Source: Planctomycetota bacterium
GTDB lineage: Bacteria > Planctomycetota > UBA1135 > UBA2386
NCBI GenBank assembly: GCA_965228735.1
Contig: OZ245838.1
Location: 4,640,001 to 4,704,000, forward strand
Reading direction: 5' to 3'
Length of the DNA stretch: 64,000 nt
Shown here: one piece after another, positions 54,873-64,000 of the stretch
Layout: each line of letters starts with the position of its first letter
How positions within the stretch are numbered: the stretch's first letter is position 1
The notes under the pieces: generated by a model
What the model was told of the DNA's origin: nothing
What the model saw: the letters and a program-made list of their open reading frames with translations, nothing else
Databases searched by the model: none
Position numbers and translations under genes: made by a program

Positions 54873-56486
54873 CTACGCGAGTACCGGTGACGCGCCCTCC
54901 GGCTCGACGGCCGAGAACGATGCCGAGGACGCGGCCCGTAGCGCGCGCGCGTATCCTGCGGGCGGGTCGTCGCCGAGCAGATCCCCCGGGGCCAGGTACT
55001 CGTAGATCTCGCCGTAGTGCCGGACGTCGGTCGGGCTGATGCGCCGCACGAGATGCCACGGCCGCAGCTGATGCGGTGCTTCGAGGCCGAGCGTGCCGAG
55101 CAGCTCGGCGAGGCTCTCGACCGACTCGGCATGGAACGAGGTCACGCGCTTGCGCTTGTTGCTCACGACGAGGCCGGCCTCGAGGTGCGGGTCCTGCGTC
55201 GCGACGCCGGCGGGGCACACGTTGGCGTTGCAGCGCAGCGCCTGGATGCAACCGAGCGCGAGCATCATCGCGCGCGCCGAGTAGATCATGTCCGCGCCGA
55301 GCATCAGCGCCTTGATCATCCCGAAGCCGCTCGTGATGCGGCCCGAAGCGATGACCTTGATGCGGTCGCGCAGTTCGAAACCCGTGAGCGCGTTGTGCAC
55401 GAACACGATCGCGTCCGCGGCCGGCGTGCCGACGCGGTCGGTGAACTCGACCGGTGCAGCGCCCGTGCCGCCCTCGCCACCGTCGACGGCGATGAAGTCC
55501 GGTGTGATGCCGGTCTCGCGCATCGCCTTGCACAGCGCCAGGAACTCGCGGCGCTTGCCGAGGCACAGCTTGATGCCCACGGGCTTGCCGTCCGCGAGCT
55601 CGCGGAGCTGCTGGACGAACTTCACGAGCTCGAGCGGCGTCGAGAACGCCGAGTGCGCGGGCGGTGACAAGACGTCCTGGCCGAGTGGCACGTTGCGAAT
55701 CGCGGCGATCTCGGGCGTGACCTTCTGCGCCGGCAGGATGCCGCCGTGGCCGGGCTTGGCCCCCTGCGACAGCTTGAGCTCGATCATCTTGACCTCGGGC
55801 CGCGCGGCGTTCTGCTTGAACAGCGCGGTATCGAAGTCGCCCTCGAGCGTGCGACAGCCGAAGTAGCCGGTGCCGATCTGCCAGATCAGGTCACCGCCGT
55901 GTTCGAGGTGGTGCGGCGAGATCCCGCCTTCACCCGTGTTGTGCGCGAAGTCGCCGTCCTTCGCGCCGCCGTTGAGTGCGCGGATCGCGTTGCCGCTCAG
56001 CGCGCCGTAGCTCATCGCCGAGATGTTGAGGATGCTCGCGCTGTACGGCTTGGTGCAGTGCGGTCCTCCGACGGTCACGCGCATGAGGCGCGGGTCGACG
56101 TGCACGGGCGCCATCGAGTGGTTGAGCCACTCGTAGCCCGGCTCGTAGAGATCGTGCCGCGTGCCGAACGGCATCGTGTCGAGCGCGCCCTTCGCGCGCT
56201 GGTAGACGAGCGAGCGTTCGTCGCGGCTGAACGGCCGCCCATCCGTGTTGGACTCGACGAAGTATTGGTTGATCTCGGGGCGGATCGCCTCGAGCCAGTA
56301 GCGGAAGCGGCCGAGGACCGGGAAGTTCCGGCGGATCGCGTGGCGAGTCTGGCAGTAGTCGTAGCAGCCGGCCGCGAAGATCGGGCCGACCACGGCGAGC
56401 GACCAGAGCACGGGCGGCCAGAAGATCGCGGTGATCGCGATCGTCAGCAGCACGATGATCGATGTCAGGACGAAGATTGGGCGCAT
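54873..56486 (-). CDS. FMN-binding glutamate synthase family protein (YerD-like)
   Basis: N-terminal TMs and motifs NISAMSYGALS, NTGEGG, KLSQGAKPGHGG, VDGGEGGTGAAP and GCIQALRCNANVCPAGVATQ. Confidence 0.93.
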   Translation of the reverse strand: MRPIFVLTSIIVLLTIAITAIFWPPVLWSLAVVGPIFAAGCYDYCQTRHAIRRNFPVLGRFRYWLEAIRPEINQYFVESNTDGRPFSRDERSLVYQRAKGALDTMPFGTRHDLYEPGYEWLNHSMAPVHVDPRLMRVTVGGPHCTKPYSASILNISAMSYGALSGNAIRALNGGAKDGDFAHNTGEGGISPHHLEHGGDLIWQIGTGYFGCRTLEGDFDTALFKQNAARPEVKMIELKLSQGAKPGHGGILPAQKVTPEIAAIRNVPLGQDVLSPPAHSAFSTPLELVKFVQQLRELADGKPVGIKLCLGKRREFLALCKAMRETGITPDFIAVDGGEGGTGAAPVEFTDRVGTPAADAIVFVHNALTGFELRDRIKVIASGRITSGFGMIKALMLGADMIYSARAMMLALGCIQALRCNANVCPAGVATQDPHLEAGLVVSNKRKRVTSFHAESVESLAELLGTLGLEAPHQLRPWHLVRRISPTDVRHYGEIYEYLAPGDLLGDDPPAGYARALRAASSASFSAVEPEGASPVLA

Positions 56487-56583
56487 TGGCGAGTTCTTCA
56501 GCACGGCTCCGATCGGCACCGTCGCGAACCGTTCTGGAGGAGGCCGTGTGCGGGCGATGCCATCGAGCCGATACCCTTGCCGC

Positions 56584-58125
56584 ATGCGGCTGCCCGGCCT
56601 CTTCGCACTGCTCCTCGTCGCCCTCGAAGGCGCCGCGTCGCCGCTGGCGGCGCAAACGGTCGGCCCGACGGTCGCGACGCACTACTTCTATTGGTACCAC
56701 TGGCCGACGGAGCACTTCGACCAACCCGGGGCGCCCGGTCGCGAGGGGCACGCGCGCCACTTCGTCGCGCCGGAGAAGGTCAGCTACCGGAGTGTCGACT
56801 GGCACGCCGGCAACTTCGAGGCGATGGCGGCGGCGGGGATCGACGTCGCGCTGCCGGTCTACTGGGGCGCGCCCGGCGCCTACGAGCGCCCGAACCTCGC
56901 GTTCTCGCGCGAGGGTCTGCCGCCGATGGTTCGTGCGCTCGATCGGCTCGAGAAAGAAGGCGACGGGAGCGTCGAGCTCGGTCTGTTCTACGACACGAGC
57001 ACGTTGCGCAACGACGTCTGCGGCCGAGAGCCGCGCGGCGGCCGCGCCGATCTGACGACCGCCGCGGGGCGCGAGTTGTTCTGCACCACGGTCACCGATT
57101 ACTTCGCGGCGATCCCGCGGCGGCACTGGGCCCGCCACCGCGGCGGCGCGCTCGTCGTGCTCTACGTCAGCGGTTTCGCCGAGCGTTGGGACCGCGAGCT
57201 CGGGGATGCGTTGCGCGAACGGTTCGCGGCGCGCTTCGACGGCGATCGCGTGTGCCTCGTCGCCGATCAATCGTGGGGCGACATCGGACAGGACCTGACG
57301 ACGAGCTGGGGGGCGGCGTTGTGGGGACCCAAGCTGTTTCCCGGCGTCGCGCAGATCGGACCGGGCTACGACGACCGACCCGTGCCCGGCCGCCGGACGC
57401 CGATCCGCGAACGCGAGGGCGGGCGCTACTACAGCTGGTCCTGGCAACGCGCGATCGCGCATCGCCCGGAGCTCGTTCTGCTCGAGACGTGGAACGAGAT
57501 GCACGAAGGCACCGAGCTGTGTCCGACCATCGAGACGGGGCGGCAGTACGTCGAGCTCACGCGGCTTTGGATCGCAGCGTTGCGGACCGGCACGAAGCCC
57601 GACCTGGGCCCGGACCCGATCGAACTGAGCTGGCCCGAACCGCGTCCGCGGCCCGATCGCAGTTGGGGGCAGGCCGCGGCCGATCGCGATCACGTGCTCG
57701 TGTCGTACGGCGGCCGTCGCCTCGGGGTGCGTGAGGTCGCATGCGAAGACGGACCGTGCCGCGTCGCAGACGGCGCGCTGCGACCGGGCGTCGTCGCACG
57801 AGGCCTCGGCAACTACCTCTACTTCCAGGTCAGCGACCACTTCGCGTTCGACGTCGACGCCGACTTCGAACTCGAGGTCGTGCGCCGCGGCGGTGTCCCC
57901 GTCGGTCTCGAGTTCGACTCGCGGGACCGCGAGGCCACGCTGAGCGGGGCCTACACGGCGTGTCGACCGTCCGAGACCGAACGCCAGGACGATCGCGTCG
58001 TGGAGCGCTACCTGCTGCGCCGGGCCCGCTTCGCCAACCGCCAGAACGGCGGCGCGGACTTCCGTTTCGTGCTGCCACAGCGTCGGGCCGCGATCCTGTC
58101 GGTGACGCTGCGGCGCGCGCGTTAG
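56584..58125 (+). CDS. Secreted glycoside hydrolase-like protein (GH99/DUF5010-like)
   Basis: Signal peptide and motifs THYFYWY, AGIDVALPVYWG, GPGYDD and ETWNEMHEGT. Confidence 0.7.
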   Translation: MRLPGLFALLLVALEGAASPLAAQTVGPTVATHYFYWYHWPTEHFDQPGAPGREGHARHFVAPEKVSYRSVDWHAGNFEAMAAAGIDVALPVYWGAPGAYERPNLAFSREGLPPMVRALDRLEKEGDGSVELGLFYDTSTLRNDVCGREPRGGRADLTTAAGRELFCTTVTDYFAAIPRRHWARHRGGALVVLYVSGFAERWDRELGDALRERFAARFDGDRVCLVADQSWGDIGQDLTTSWGAALWGPKLFPGVAQIGPGYDDRPVPGRRTPIREREGGRYYSWSWQRAIAHRPELVLLETWNEMHEGTELCPTIETGRQYVELTRLWIAALRTGTKPDLGPDPIELSWPEPRPRPDRSWGQAAADRDHVLVSYGGRRLGVREVACEDGPCRVADGALRPGVVARGLGNYLYFQVSDHFAFDVDADFELEVVRRGGVPVGLEFDSRDREATLSGAYTACRPSETERQDDRVVERYLLRRARFANRQNGGADFRFVLPQRRAAILSVTLRRAR

Positions 58126-59543
58126 CGGTACGGCACGACGAGCGTGTCGATCAGCGGCACCTCGCCGGTCTGCGCATTGCTCCGGAACGTGATCCGGAAC
58201 TGCAGGTGCGGCAGCCCGTCCGCGACGTTCGGGCTGCTGGACCAGGCGGTCGCGTTGCTGCCGGAGTTGCTCGTCGCGCCGCGGAACTCGACTTCGTAGC
58301 CCGTGCCGGCCGGCAGCGTCGCGGCCACGAGCGCCGGATCCCAATCCGGGTTGCTGACGTTCGCCGAGAAGAACGGGGACAGCGCCTCGGTGGTCACGTC
58401 CGCGAACTCGAACTGCAGCCGCATGAGCAGGTTGTCGCCCGTGCCCATCGTCGCCTGCGACGGGTTGAGCGGCTGGCTCGGCGTGCCGCTCGCGACGACG
58501 CGCGCGGCCGGCAGGGGTGAGCTCTGCACCATGAGGTAGCCGTACATCCCGTTCTGCCCCGTCGCCGGTGCGCCGGGGTTGGTGCGCAGTTCGATCAGCA
58601 GGCTCGACGTCCCGTCGTAGGCGAACGGCACGATCTCGGGCAGCGGCACGTAGCCGTCGGGTTGTTGGATCGACGGCTGGATCACGTAGCCCGCGCTGTA
58701 GACGACCTGCGGCGGCGCACTCGGTGAGTAGTTGTTGGCGAACGTCGGGTCGAGGCCCGAGTTGGGCGACGACGGCAGTGCCGTCCAGGGGTCGATCGAG
58801 TAGTCCGGCGTCACGGGCGTGTGCCCGACGAGGATGTCGATGTGCGGGAAGACGTCGAAGACGACGGGCGTCGCCGAATACCACCGGATCGCGGTGAGCA
58901 TCTCGGGACTGCCGCTGGCACCGACGTCCGACGACCGAAACACCATCTGCTCGCGCGCGCCCGCGGGGTTGAGCGGGTTCTGCACCGGCGAGCCGAACGC
59001 GACGCCCTGGGTCGGCATGACCGACCACGTGCGACGCGTGATCGCGCCGCCGGTGATGTGACCCGCGACGCCCTGGCCGAACGAACCCGTGAACCCGGCC
59101 TGCTGCGGGTCATCGAACGCGATCGCGAGCGCCTGGGGTGCGCCGTGCACGAGTGAGCTCTCGCCGTTGCTCACGACGATGCCCTGCGGCGCCGTCGGGT
59201 CGGCGGCGATGGCCTGACCGTAGACCGCGAGGCCGAGGGCGGCCGGCCCGGCCGGCAGCGAGATCGTGCCCGTGACGAGGCCCGTGCCGGGGAGCAACCC
59301 GCTGCGCAAGGTCAGGATCGGCGTCGGACCGAGGAAGAGGCGTTCCCCGAGCACGTCGAGCGGCCCGCCCTGCGGCGAGATCAGGACGGCGTAGAGCTGG
59401 CCGGCGTTGCCGACGATGGCGTAGGGAATCGACGCGCCCGTGGGGCCGAGCGCCGCTGCGGGTGCGATGTCGAAGGTCGGGGACTGCGCGAGGGTCGCTG
59501 CGGCGAGGCAACTGATCGCGCCCGTGATCGTGCTCGGTCTCAT
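58122..59543 (-). CDS. Hypothetical secreted protein
   Basis: Signal peptide ending TLA-Q, Pro/Gly/Ser-rich beta-type composition, and strong GC3 bias in this frame. Confidence 0.7.
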   Translation of the reverse strand: MRPSTITGAISCLAAATLAQSPTFDIAPAAALGPTGASIPYAIVGNAGQLYAVLISPQGGPLDVLGERLFLGPTPILTLRSGLLPGTGLVTGTISLPAGPAALGLAVYGQAIAADPTAPQGIVVSNGESSLVHGAPQALAIAFDDPQQAGFTGSFGQGVAGHITGGAITRRTWSVMPTQGVAFGSPVQNPLNPAGAREQMVFRSSDVGASGSPEMLTAIRWYSATPVVFDVFPHIDILVGHTPVTPDYSIDPWTALPSSPNSGLDPTFANNYSPSAPPQVVYSAGYVIQPSIQQPDGYVPLPEIVPFAYDGTSSLLIELRTNPGAPATGQNGMYGYLMVQSSPLPAARVVASGTPSQPLNPSQATMGTGDNLLMRLQFEFADVTTEALSPFFSANVSNPDWDPALVAATLPAGTGYEVEFRGATSNSGSNATAWSSSPNVADGLPHLQFRITFRSNAQTGEVPLIDTLVVPYR

Positions 59544-59640
59544 GTCGAATGGTGGATCGCAAGAAGGCGCCCCTCGCCGAGTGCGAAGCGACGTCCGATA
59601 CACGGCACCTAGCCGGGTTCGTGACCGACGTCACTGCGGA

Positions 59641-60645
59641 TCAGCTGGTTCCGAGGTGGCGTTCGATCTCTTCGCGCACGATCGGGATCATGTTCCGCGC
59701 TAGCGTTTCGTTCGCGTAACACGCGAAGCCGACGTTGGTGGTCACGTCGAACGGCGCGTCGAACGGCCCGCCGAGCGGGTCGCGGACGACGCACCCGGCC
59801 TCGGCGGCGATGAGCCACGTCGCGAGGTCGTAGGGCCGACACGCGAGCGACGATCGCACGCCGAGCGCGCGATGCACCAGCGGCCGAACGTCGAGCACGA
59901 ACCGATCGCGTCCGAGCGCGACCTCCGCGAGCTGCCCGCCGGAGCAGATGTACTGGTCGGTGTAGACCTCGGCCTTCTCCGGATTCCACGGCCCGAGCGC
60001 GCGTGCGAGGATCGCTTCCTCGAGCCGCGCGATCAGCTCCTTGCCGCCCTGGAAGAAGTTGCCGACCGTCGCGAACCCGTGCCGCAGGTTGTCCGCGCGA
60101 CTCGGTTGCAGGGGCAGCTCGCGCGTCGCGCCGGTCTCGAGATGCGTGCGCACCCCGCGCGCGCCGCCACCCGCGGTCGCGGTCAGCGTGTCGCTCGTCG
60201 CCTGCCGCGTCGTCGGCAACTCCGTCATCACCGCGACCTCGACATCGGTGAGACGCGTCGCGTCACCACGATCGGGCGCGACGCCGAAGAGGCACCACGC
60301 CGACCGCTTGTCGAACATCAACCCGCGCGTGCCGTCGATCGGATCCGCGAGCAGTCGGAACGGCGGCCCGCCGCGACCCGACTTCCCGAACGTCACGCCG
60401 GCCGGATCGAGCCCTTCCGCGAGCAACGTGAAGTGCTGCGTCGCGCCCCACCGCTCGCACTCGCGCAGCAGCAGCTCCTCGACCTCGACATCGATCCCGA
60501 AGATCGTGTCCCCGAGATCGTCACGCACCGTGCGCGCCAGCACGTCGGTCGACTGCGATGCCATGTGCGAGCGCAGCGCATCGCGAACCGCCGCGCCGAT
60601 CGCGGTGAGACGGGTCAGGATCGACGAGGTGTCGAGCGGGCTCAT
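59641..60645 (-). CDS. Inositol monophosphatase/FBPase-superfamily protein
   Basis: Motifs AEG, DPIDGT and PYDLA...AEAG. Confidence 0.8.
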   Translation of the reverse strand: MSPLDTSSILTRLTAIGAAVRDALRSHMASQSTDVLARTVRDDLGDTIFGIDVEVEELLLRECERWGATQHFTLLAEGLDPAGVTFGKSGRGGPPFRLLADPIDGTRGLMFDKRSAWCLFGVAPDRGDATRLTDVEVAVMTELPTTRQATSDTLTATAGGGARGVRTHLETGATRELPLQPSRADNLRHGFATVGNFFQGGKELIARLEEAILARALGPWNPEKAEVYTDQYICSGGQLAEVALGRDRFVLDVRPLVHRALGVRSSLACRPYDLATWLIAAEAGCVVRDPLGGPFDAPFDVTTNVGFACYANETLARNMIPIVREEIERHLGTS

Positions 60646-60726
60646 GGGGTCCCGATCCTAGCCCGCAGGCGCCAGCCCTGTCCGCGGCGCTGCATCCGAA
60701 TTCACGGCCTCGACGAAGCCCTCGTC

Positions 60727-60975
60727 ATGCCGAAGAGCCGCCCCACGATCGCCAACGACGATCAGTACGAAGCCCTCCGCGAGAAGGGCTATGGCAAGGA
60801 AACCGCCGCCCGCATTGCGAACAGCGATGGTGCTGGCGCGCGCGGCGCCGCCCGGTCGCCGTACGAGGAGTGGAGCAAGGATGCGCTCTACGAGCGCGCG
60901 CAGGAGCTCGAGATCGACCGCCGCTCTTCGATGAACAAGGCCGAACTGATCGAGGCCCTGCGCAGCGCCCGCTGA
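60727..60975 (+). CDS. Small Rho-termination-factor N-terminal-domain protein
   Basis: Pattern YEALREKGYGKETAARIAN...YEEWSKDALYERAQELEI..RSSMNKAELIEALR. Confidence 0.85.
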   Translation: MPKSRPTIANDDQYEALREKGYGKETAARIANSDGAGARGAARSPYEEWSKDALYERAQELEIDRRSSMNKAELIEALRSAR

Positions 60976-61018
60976 AGCTCTTCGGGCCGGTCGTTCCCGC
61001 CCGCCATACCGACGACGT

Positions 61019-62503
61019 ATGGTCAACCGTGTGAGTGGTGATCAGGACCACGATGGCTGTCGGATCTCGGGTCGCTACCTGGGCGCGATCCTGCTCGGTC
61101 TGGCCGGGGTTGCGGCCGTGCCCGGCCTGGTCGCCGTTGCGTGCGGCGACGCGAACCTCGCCGTTGCGTTCCTGACGACCGCGGCGCTCTACGGCGGCGT
61201 TGGTTGGCCGCTGCGCCGGATGTCTCGCCCGCCCGATCGCCGCGTCGGTTCGCTGCTGGCGACGATGGCGCTCGCGTGGCTCGTTGCGCCGTGCATCGGT
61301 GCCGTGCCGTTCGCCGCCCACTTCTTGGAGCTGGGCCGGCCGGCGGTCGTGATCGACAGCGCGTTCGAAGCGATGTCCGGGTTCACGAGCTGCGGGCTCA
61401 CGATCGTGGCGGCGCCCGCGGAATTGCCGGCCTGTCTCCAGCTTTGGCGGTCGCTGACGCAGTGGGTCGGCGGTCTCGGCATTGCTGCGCTCATGCTGAC
61501 GGCCATGCGTCCGAGCGAGGACGGGCGACCCATCGTTCGGGCCGAGATCGGCCGGGTATTCGCCGGCGGCGCGCGTGCGGCCGCCCGTTGGAGCTGGTCG
61601 ATCTACATTGGGTTGACGGTGCTCGCGATGGTCGGGTTCCTGCTCGTTGGTCGGCCGTGGTGGGAGTCCCTGAACCACGCGCTCACGACCGTCTCCACGG
61701 GCGGCTTCTCGGTGACCAACAGCAGCGTCGCCGAGGTCGGAATCGGAGCGCAAGTCGTCGCGGCGACTTTCATGTTCGCCGGCGCGCTGAGCTTTCAGTT
61801 CTACCACCGCGTGCTGACTGCGCGAGCCCTGCGCGCGCTGTGGGATCGTCGCGCCGTGGCGCTGTTGCCGCTCGCGGTCATGGCGACGCTGCTGGTGCTG
61901 GCGCTCGCCGACAGCGAGAGCGGGTCGCGCCCCGATGCGCCAACGGCAGCGTTCGAGTGCATCTCGGCGCTCGCGACCGGCGGCTTCTCGTCGACCGACC
62001 TGCGCGACTGGTCACCGGCGATGCTCGGCGTCCTCGCTCTGCTGATGTTCGTCGGTCCCATGTCCGGCTCCACGGGCGGAGGTGTCAAGATCGAGCGCGT
62101 CGGCCTCGTGCTCCGGGCCATCTGGTGGCGCGTCAGTCGCGCGTTCCTGCCCGACCGTCCGCGAATGCGCGTGGTCGAACGCGAGCGAATGCCCGAGGAC
62201 GCGGCGCGACTGCTCGCCGAATCCGCAGCGACTCTCATCGCGGTCTGGTTCGTCACCATCCTCGGCGCCGCGTTCGCCCTCACGATTTGCCTCGGCAACG
62301 ACGCCACCTTCGCCCAGGTCTGGTTCGAGGTCGTCTCGGCCCTGAGCAGCGTCGGCCTGTCGGCCGGCATCACCACTCCGGACGCACCGGCCGCGGCCAA
62401 GCTGCTGCTGCTCGGACTCATGTGGCTCGGCCGACTCGAGCTCTTCGCCGGCCTGTTCCTGCTCACGACGGTCCTTCGCGCGATCCCGAAACGAACGCGC
62501 TGA
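61019..62503 (+). CDS. trkH: TrkH/KtrB-family potassium uptake membrane subunit
   Basis: Four pore-loop motifs (FEAMSGFTSCG, STGGFS, ATGGFS, SALSSVGLS), plus GSTGGGVK and MWLGRLE. Confidence 0.88.
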   Translation: MVNRVSGDQDHDGCRISGRYLGAILLGLAGVAAVPGLVAVACGDANLAVAFLTTAALYGGVGWPLRRMSRPPDRRVGSLLATMALAWLVAPCIGAVPFAAHFLELGRPAVVIDSAFEAMSGFTSCGLTIVAAPAELPACLQLWRSLTQWVGGLGIAALMLTAMRPSEDGRPIVRAEIGRVFAGGARAAARWSWSIYIGLTVLAMVGFLLVGRPWWESLNHALTTVSTGGFSVTNSSVAEVGIGAQVVAATFMFAGALSFQFYHRVLTARALRALWDRRAVALLPLAVMATLLVLALADSESGSRPDAPTAAFECISALATGGFSSTDLRDWSPAMLGVLALLMFVGPMSGSTGGGVKIERVGLVLRAIWWRVSRAFLPDRPRMRVVERERMPEDAARLLAESAATLIAVWFVTILGAAFALTICLGNDATFAQVWFEVVSALSSVGLSAGITTPDAPAAAKLLLLGLMWLGRLELFAGLFLLTTVLRAIPKRTR

Positions 62504-62568
62504 TCGCTGATCTGCTCGAATCTGGGTTGCCACGAGCGTGATCGTCCGATCCGATCGACGCCGACGAC

Positions 62569-62642
62569 GGGCCCTTAGCTCAATTGGTTAGAGCCGGTGT
62601 CTCATACACACTTGGTTGCAGGTTCGAGTCCTGCAGGGCCTA
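62569..62642 (+). tRNA. tRNA with CAT anticodon, most likely tRNA-Ile2 (lysidine); CCA not encoded
   Basis: Cloverleaf: acceptor GGGCCCT/AGGGCCT, D-arm GCTC/GAGC, anticodon arm GGTGT-CTCATAC-ACACT, T-arm GCAGG-TTCGAGT-CCTGC. It has C4:G69 and C5:G68 as in TilS substrates. Confidence 0.92.
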
Positions 62643-62650
62643 TCACTCGC

Positions 62651-62812
62651 ACCCCTCGAATGTGGCCGTTAACGGCCGATTCGCGGGGGTTCGGGGTCTG
62701 GGCGAGGGGCAGTGTGCAACAGAGTGTGCAACGGGCGTGTTCACAGCCTGGCACGACGTGGCACGATCTGGCACGGGGTGGCGTTGGCGCTGCAGGGTGT
62801 GACCTGCAGCGC
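62651..62812. repeat. Hairpins and short direct repeats just 3' of the tRNA (att-arm-like)
   Basis: Palindrome GGCCGTTAACGGCC (62664-62677), AGTGTGCAAC x2 (62711, 62723), TGGCACG x3 at 10-bp spacing (62749, 62759, 62769), and the hairpin GCGCTGCAGG/CCTGCAGCGC. Confidence 0.6.
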
Positions 62813-62878
62813 AAGGGGGGCCTGCGGAAGGCCTGTGTCGGGACATGTGCGGGCCGACCTGGGCCCGCGTCAGGCGGA

Positions 62879-64000
62879 TCAGCGGATGCGGATCCGTTCG
62901 ATGTTCGACTTGGCATACAGGCCGCTGGCGGCGAGCACTCCGCTCACGCAGTAGAGGTCGTAGGCCGGCAGGGGGCCGGGCGGGAGCGGGAACGAGAAGG
63001 TGCCGGCACCGCTGCCGTTCAATGGCCCCTGTGCGCCGAGCCCGATCGAGCTCTGCAGCCACGCCCCGTCGTTGGGCAGTAGGAAGAGGCCGAGGTTCTG
63101 CGGCCGCACGTCGGTGCCGGGGTGGATGCCTTCGCCTATGGCGATGAAGTGCCAGGCACCCGGGTGAGCCGGAGCATCGATCGCGAACGTCACGGTCTGA
63201 CTGCCGGTGTAGGTGTGCTGGGTGGCCGCGATCGTGACCTCACCGCGGTGCGGCTCGGACTCCAGCACCAGCTGGCGATAGGTCTTCTGCAGGTCAGAAC
63301 GGTTGCCCTCGTCGTCGACGACATCGATCGCGATGACGTCGTCGAGCGCCGGTGGAGTGCCGAGCTGGAACACCTTGGTGCCATTGCTGGTCGGCGAGTA
63401 CGGCGCCAAGGCGGCACCGTTCACGCTGACCGTCACCGTGTCGATGTTGTCGAACGCGTCCCAGTAGCCGACCTCGAGCGCGGTGCCGTTGAAGGTCGTC
63501 AGGTTCGCCGAGATGCCGATCTGATAACCATCACCGTTGAGGCCGCGACGCGGGTCGTTGATCCAACCACCGCTGCCGTCCGGGATGACGGCGTTGTGCG
63601 TGATACCAGCACCGCCGTCGATCCATTCGATGACCGTGCCGATCGCGGTGCGGTCCGAGATCATGGCGGTGGGGTGGACCTTGGTGCCTTGGTGGTGCGT
63701 CGTGATCCAGTATCGGCTGCCGGCGTTGGCATTCGGGTTGTACGCCTGCATGTATCGGGCGTTGGTTTCGCCATCGAGGCGGATGTCCTGGTCGGTGTTG
63801 ATCCCGGTGAAGTACCAGGTGAACGGGGACTTCGCCGCGCCGGCGCGGCGGTTGACGATGCGCTGACGGTTGAGCCAGGCCCAGACCGCAGCCTCCTTCT
63901 CCATGGTCACCAACACACCGTTGTACAACTCATCGCGTGGCCTGCTGAGGTTGAAGGCGCCAGTGCCGTCGTGCGGGTCGGGATAGTTCGTGTGAGCCGT
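62879..64000 (-). CDS. 3' part of a large hypothetical, probably secreted protein; the start probably lies beyond the window
   Basis: Open frame 62879..63928 that probably extends upstream past the window edge. Asn/Thr/Gly-rich, with an Ig-like segment and a C-terminal domain resembling that of 39925..41922. Confidence 0.7.
   Translation of the reverse strand, partial: TAHTNYPDPHDGTGAFNLSRPRDELYNGVLVTMEKEAAVWAWLNRQRIVNRRAGAAKSPFTWYFTGINTDQDIRLDGETNARYMQAYNPNANAGSRYWITTHHQGTKVHPTAMISDRTAIGTVIEWIDGGAGITHNAVIPDGSGGWINDPRRGLNGDGYQIGISANLTTFNGTALEVGYWDAFDNIDTVTVSVNGAALAPYSPTSNGTKVFQLGTPPALDDVIAIDVVDDEGNRSDLQKTYRQLVLESEPHRGEVTIAATQHTYTGSQTVTFAIDAPAHPGAWHFIAIGEGIHPGTDVRPQNLGLFLLPNDGAWLQSSIGLGAQGPLNGSGAGTFSFPLPPGPLPAYDLYCVSGVLAASGLYAKSNIERIRIR

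Noticed and set aside
62569..62642. Initiator tRNA-fMet
   Set aside because: No C1:A72 mismatch and no three consecutive G:C pairs in the anticodon stem. Elongator Met is not fully excluded.

Overview
High-GC bacterial DNA, probably Planctomycetota. This is inferred from the Gyr[13 protein letters not shown] motif and the abundant carboxypeptidase-regulatory-like and WxWDG-repeat secreted proteins. The left 12.9 kb is an accessory locus. It holds a complete lasso-peptide cluster: a hidden 56-aa precursor whose predicted core WIGGRWGEFFNGQGSGWNPWANPGSS starts with Trp and ends in Ser, plus cyclase, RRE, leader peptidase, HPr-kinase-like peptide kinase and ABC exporter. The cluster runs directly into an exopolysaccharide-type operon (Wza, two deacetylases, GT2). 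That operon also contains a likely selenoprotein (in-frame TGA in a U-G-H-C thioredoxin motif with a SECIS-like hairpin) and an FkbH-ACP-TE enzyme that the ORF track misses. A housekeeping block follows (pyrE, RluA, cyaY, MoxR, cysK-like, fabI, mutY, gyrA), containing a lasso-type nucleotidyltransferase and a candidate structured ncRNA. Next is a two-gene NRPS-PKS hybrid with a luciferase-like monooxygenase inserted in the A domain and a DH inserted in the KR. The rest holds secreted and membrane proteins, murJ, a degenerate HisA paralogue, TrkH, a REP/MITE-like repeat family, and a tRNA(CAT, probably Ile2) followed by att-like repeats. All calls come from motif reading only; no database searches were run.
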